Both the position numbers and the translations under genes were made by a program. A stretch of 64,000 bases of DNA, taken from NCBI GenBank assembly GCA_014905635.1, contig CM026547.1, positions 4,216,001 to 4,280,000 on the forward strand, given 5' to 3'. Below are positions 61,029-64,000 of this stretch, one piece after another (within the stretch, counting starts at the first letter, position 1; each line of letters opens with the position of its first letter). The stretch comes from Scenedesmus sp. PABB004 (lineage: Eukaryota). A model generated the notes under the pieces. It was not told where the DNA came from. It did no database searches and was given only the letters and a program-made list of their open reading frames with translations.

Positions 61029-61104
61029 CGCGTGCTGCTGACCCGCTCGCCGCATCGCGGCGGCGGCGGCGCCTTCGCGGCAACGGAATGCCATCAACCA
61101 GGAG

Positions 61105-61109
61105 TTACA
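61105..61109 (-). terminator. Poly(A) signal TGTAA of the subtilase gene
   Basis: TGTAA about 660 nt downstream of the stop, just before the MITE. Confidence 0.55.
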
Positions 61110-61770
61110 GCTGCTCTGCTGCTCCAGCCAATCTAATTTGTCGTAGGTAAGAAAGGCAAGAAAGGTAAGGTAAGTAAGAGAGCATGAGCGACCAACGCCA
61201 TCAACGCAGCCGGCGCAATGAACGCGCTGGGCTGCTCTGTGCTCCGACGCCCCCGGCCTAGCTGGGCAACAAGCCGCCGAAGCCGCATGCCTTGCAGGAC
61301 TCAGTGAGCATGCTCATGCGGGGCCGCTCCCGAGGACCCGCGTGCGCCGCGGTGCGGGGTGCCGCAGGGAGCGTCCGCCGCGAGTTGGGTTCGTTGGTGT
61401 TGGCCGCGCCCACAGGGGTTGGTTGGTCAGCTCACCGCGGACCAGCCGGCCCCGCTGGCTGCAGCGCGCTGCATCCACAGCGACCACACTGCAGGAAGGA
61501 AGGAATGCTAATGATGAGCGTGCTGTGCGTGCTAGGCGCGCGCAAAAGAAGGCAGAAGGCAGGAAGAATGGCCAACCGAGGCGCCCAGTGCGTGGCAGGT
61601 CCGGCTGGATGGGCATGGGGGGAGCGAGCCAAACACTGCAAACCACGGCTGCTCACTACTGAGTCTGTCCGGCCAAGAAGAACACTCCTTCACAGCAATG
61701 ACCGACAAGCAGTCGGGAAGATCAAGCATCGAAGCACGCGTCCGCGCGCGCAGCAGCTCAGGGCCTGCGC

Positions 61771-64000
61771 TCAGTAGCGGCTGGTCGACAGGCTCATGGC
61801 CGAGGCCGTGGTGTCCAGGGCGTAGCCAGCCAGCGTGACCGAGCGCACGCTGAGCGTGCACGACGTGCCGGACTTGCGCCCGGTCGCGCGCTTCGTGGGC
61901 ACCCACGCGCTCGAGGTCGTGGCGGTGCCGTTGGACGCGGTCGCCCCGCTCGCGGTGTAGGGGAAGGCGTTGCCGGGGTCGGTCACGCCGTCGTCGGGGC
62001 TGAGCGACACGCCCACGCTCACGGCCGCGCCGGGCAGGGTCAGCCCGCTGACCGGGTCGGCCACGGTGACGGTGAAGGCGCAGTAGAACTGTGTCGCGTA
62101 CTTGAGCGAGTTGTTGATGTAGACGGTCGCCGTGATGCGCGACACGACCATGCGCGCCGGCGCCGGGTTGGGGTCCGGGGACGGCGACGGCGCCACGGGC
62201 GCGGGCGACGGCGGCGGCGACGGCGCCACGGGCGGCGCCGCCGGCACGGACGCGAGCAGCGCGGCGACGTCGAGCTGCTTGCCGGTCACGCACTTGCCCG
62301 CGAGGTTGGCGTTGGCCCTGCCCGTGCTCAGGATCGCCGACTTGATCTGCGCGGCGCTGGGGTAGGCGCCCGTCTTGGCCTTGTAGCCCGCGGCGTACAG
62401 CGCGGCGGCGCCCGTCACGTGCGGGGTGGCCATGCTGCGCGGCGGCGGCGGCGGCGGCGGCGGCGGCAGAGGCGGCGGCGGCAGCGCGTCAGGCGCGGGC
62501 GCGGCGCGGCGTCGCGCGCGCTGCCGCAGCTGGGCAGCCGCCGGCCTCTGCCCTCCCTCCCGTCCCGCCCGCCCCGCCCGGCCGCCGCTGATCGGACCCG
62601 CACCTGGTGCCGGAGTAGCTGCCGTAGGTGTTGCCGGGCAGGGTGCTGTAGATGGAGCTGCCGGGCGCAAAGATGTCGACGGTCGTCGCGCCAAAGTTGC
62701 TGAACGAGCTCATCGCGCCGGAGCTGGTGATCGAGCCGATGCTGAGCACGTTGCTGACCGCGTAGGCCTGGGGGTAGAAGAGCGTGACGTCGCTGTCGGC
62801 CGCGCTGTTGCCCGCGGCGGCGATGAACAGCACGCCGGCCGTGTTGTGCGCGGCGATGGCGTCGAAGAGGGCCTGGCTGTAGCCGCCGCCGCCCCACGAG
62901 TTGGACGTCGCGACCAGGTTGATGCCCTGCTTGGTCTTGAGGTTGAGCAGGTAGTTGAGCGCCGCGACCGCGCCCGCCGTGGAGCCGCCGGTGTCGCCGA
63001 GGAACTTGGTCGAGATGAGCTTGATGCCGCGCTGGCACACGCCCGACACGCCGATGCCGTTGTTGCCGACGCCCGCGATCGTGCCTGCGCGCGCGCGGGC
63101 GCGGCGGCGCGGTGAGCTGCTGCCGCTGGCCGCTGGCCGCTGGCCGCTGGCCGCTGGCCGCTGGCCGCTGGCCGCGCGGCGCGTGCGCGGCGCGCGCGCG
63201 CACCGGCGACGTGGGTCGCGTGGTCGTCGTTGGGGCCATCGTACGGCGTGTTGTCGTTGTTGAAAAAGTCTGGGTTTAGGGGCGGCGCGGCGAGCGGGCG
63301 CGGCGCAGTGAGCGGGCGCGGCGCGGCGAGCGGGCGCGGCGCAGTGAGCGGGCGCGGCGCGGCGAGCGGGCGCAGCGCGGCGAGCGGGCGCGGCGAGCGG
63401 GCGCGGCGAGCGGGCGCGGCGAGCGGGCGCGGCGAGCGGGCGCGGCGAGCGGGCGCGGCGCGCGGGCGCGGCGCGCGGGCGGCGCGCGTGCGCCCTCGGC
63501 CGCGCCCCGCGCGGTCCGCCGCGCGCGCACCCCAGCCGTAGTAGTCGTCCACGAAGCCGTTGCCGTCGTTGTCGATGCCGTCGCCGGGGATCTCGCCCGG
63601 GTTGGTCCACATGTTGGCGGCGAGGTCGGGGTGGCTGTAGTCGATGCCCTCGTCGACCACGCCGACGTAGATGTTGCTGCAGTCGGTGTAGCCCGCCGCC
63701 CACGCGCCGGCCGCATTGGCGCCGCCGGCGGTGTTGCCGAGCATGCCCCAGAGCTGGCCGACGCTCGGGTCGCTGGTCTGGCTCGCGGTGAGCACGTAGT
63801 TGGGCTCCACGTAGTCGACAGACTCGTCGTCGGCGATCGCGGCGGCGGACGCGCGCAGGCGCGCGCGGTCGGACGCCTGCGGCGGCAGGTCCTTGACCTT
63901 GACCACCACGAGCTCGCCCAGGTCGCCGGCCTCGCCCGCGAGCGTGCCGGCGCGGCCCATGCCCACGGGCTTGCGGTCGGCCTTGCCCTTGGCTAGCGCG
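61771..64000 (-). CDS. Subtilisin-like S8 serine peptidase with Ser/Pro linker and C-terminal Ig-like domain; 5' end lies outside the window
   Basis: Catalytic D (VGVVDEGID), H (DHATHVAG|TIAG), oxyanion N (AAAGN) and S (YSGT|SMATPHVTGAAAL, serine codon split by an intron). WTNPGEIPGDGIDNDGNGFVDDYYGWDF insert. VDYVEPNY prodomain end. Confidence 0.93.
63124..63470. repeat. Intronic minisatellites in the subtilase gene: (CGCTGGC)n at about 63124-63175 and GCGGCGAGCGGGCGCG-type units at about 63285-63470
   Basis: Direct observation. Confidence 0.85.

Noticed and set aside
63272..63281. Telomere-like GGGTTTAGGG
   Set aside because: Single unit abutting a 3' splice site (CCCTAAACCCAG); not an array.
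1..64000. Hundreds of long Arg/Ala/Pro/Gly-rich ORFs in all six frames (e.g. 18802-21573, 55618-57633)
   Set aside because: Stop codons are scarce at about 80% GC. These ORFs are antisense or off-frame shadows of real exons and introns and have no family motifs.

Overview
This is very GC-rich (about 78-80% by eye), intron-dense eukaryotic nuclear DNA. Gene content (CCB4, PSY, DRP5A, plant-type NDT and AMPD) and a TGTAA-type poly(A) signal point to a chlorophyte green alga, probably Sphaeropleales (inference). Most entries in the ORF track are GC-rich noise or exon/intron read-throughs, so I assembled 20 protein genes by hand, 19 spliced and one intronless: NDT, a hypothetical gene, FANCI, CCB4, CLPTM1, PSY, PER1/PGAP3, a GNAT-like gene, SmD2, TUG/PUX1, RPN2, AMPD, RPS27, DRP5A, DBP3, a LARGE-like GT49, a conserved Lys/Glu-rich protein, a RING protein, MMS19 and a 5'-truncated S8 subtilase. 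Main oddities: (1) a structured intronic H/ACA-like RNA in DBP3 intron 1 whose 3' hairpin resembles U17/snR30; (2) about one in five introns use a GC donor, including 9 of 10 consecutive AMPD introns; (3) a 215-bp hAT-type MITE (17-bp TIRs, 8-bp TSD) upstream of MMS19; (4) introns with complementary GT-rich and CA-rich halves, plus an intronic fold-back, in RPN2; (5) an apparent 1-nt frameshift in TUG/PUX1; (6) tight same-strand gene pairs lacking a GTAA-type poly(A) signal (candidate polycistrons). CDS coordinates span start to stop codon including introns. All identifications come from remembered family motifs, not database searches.
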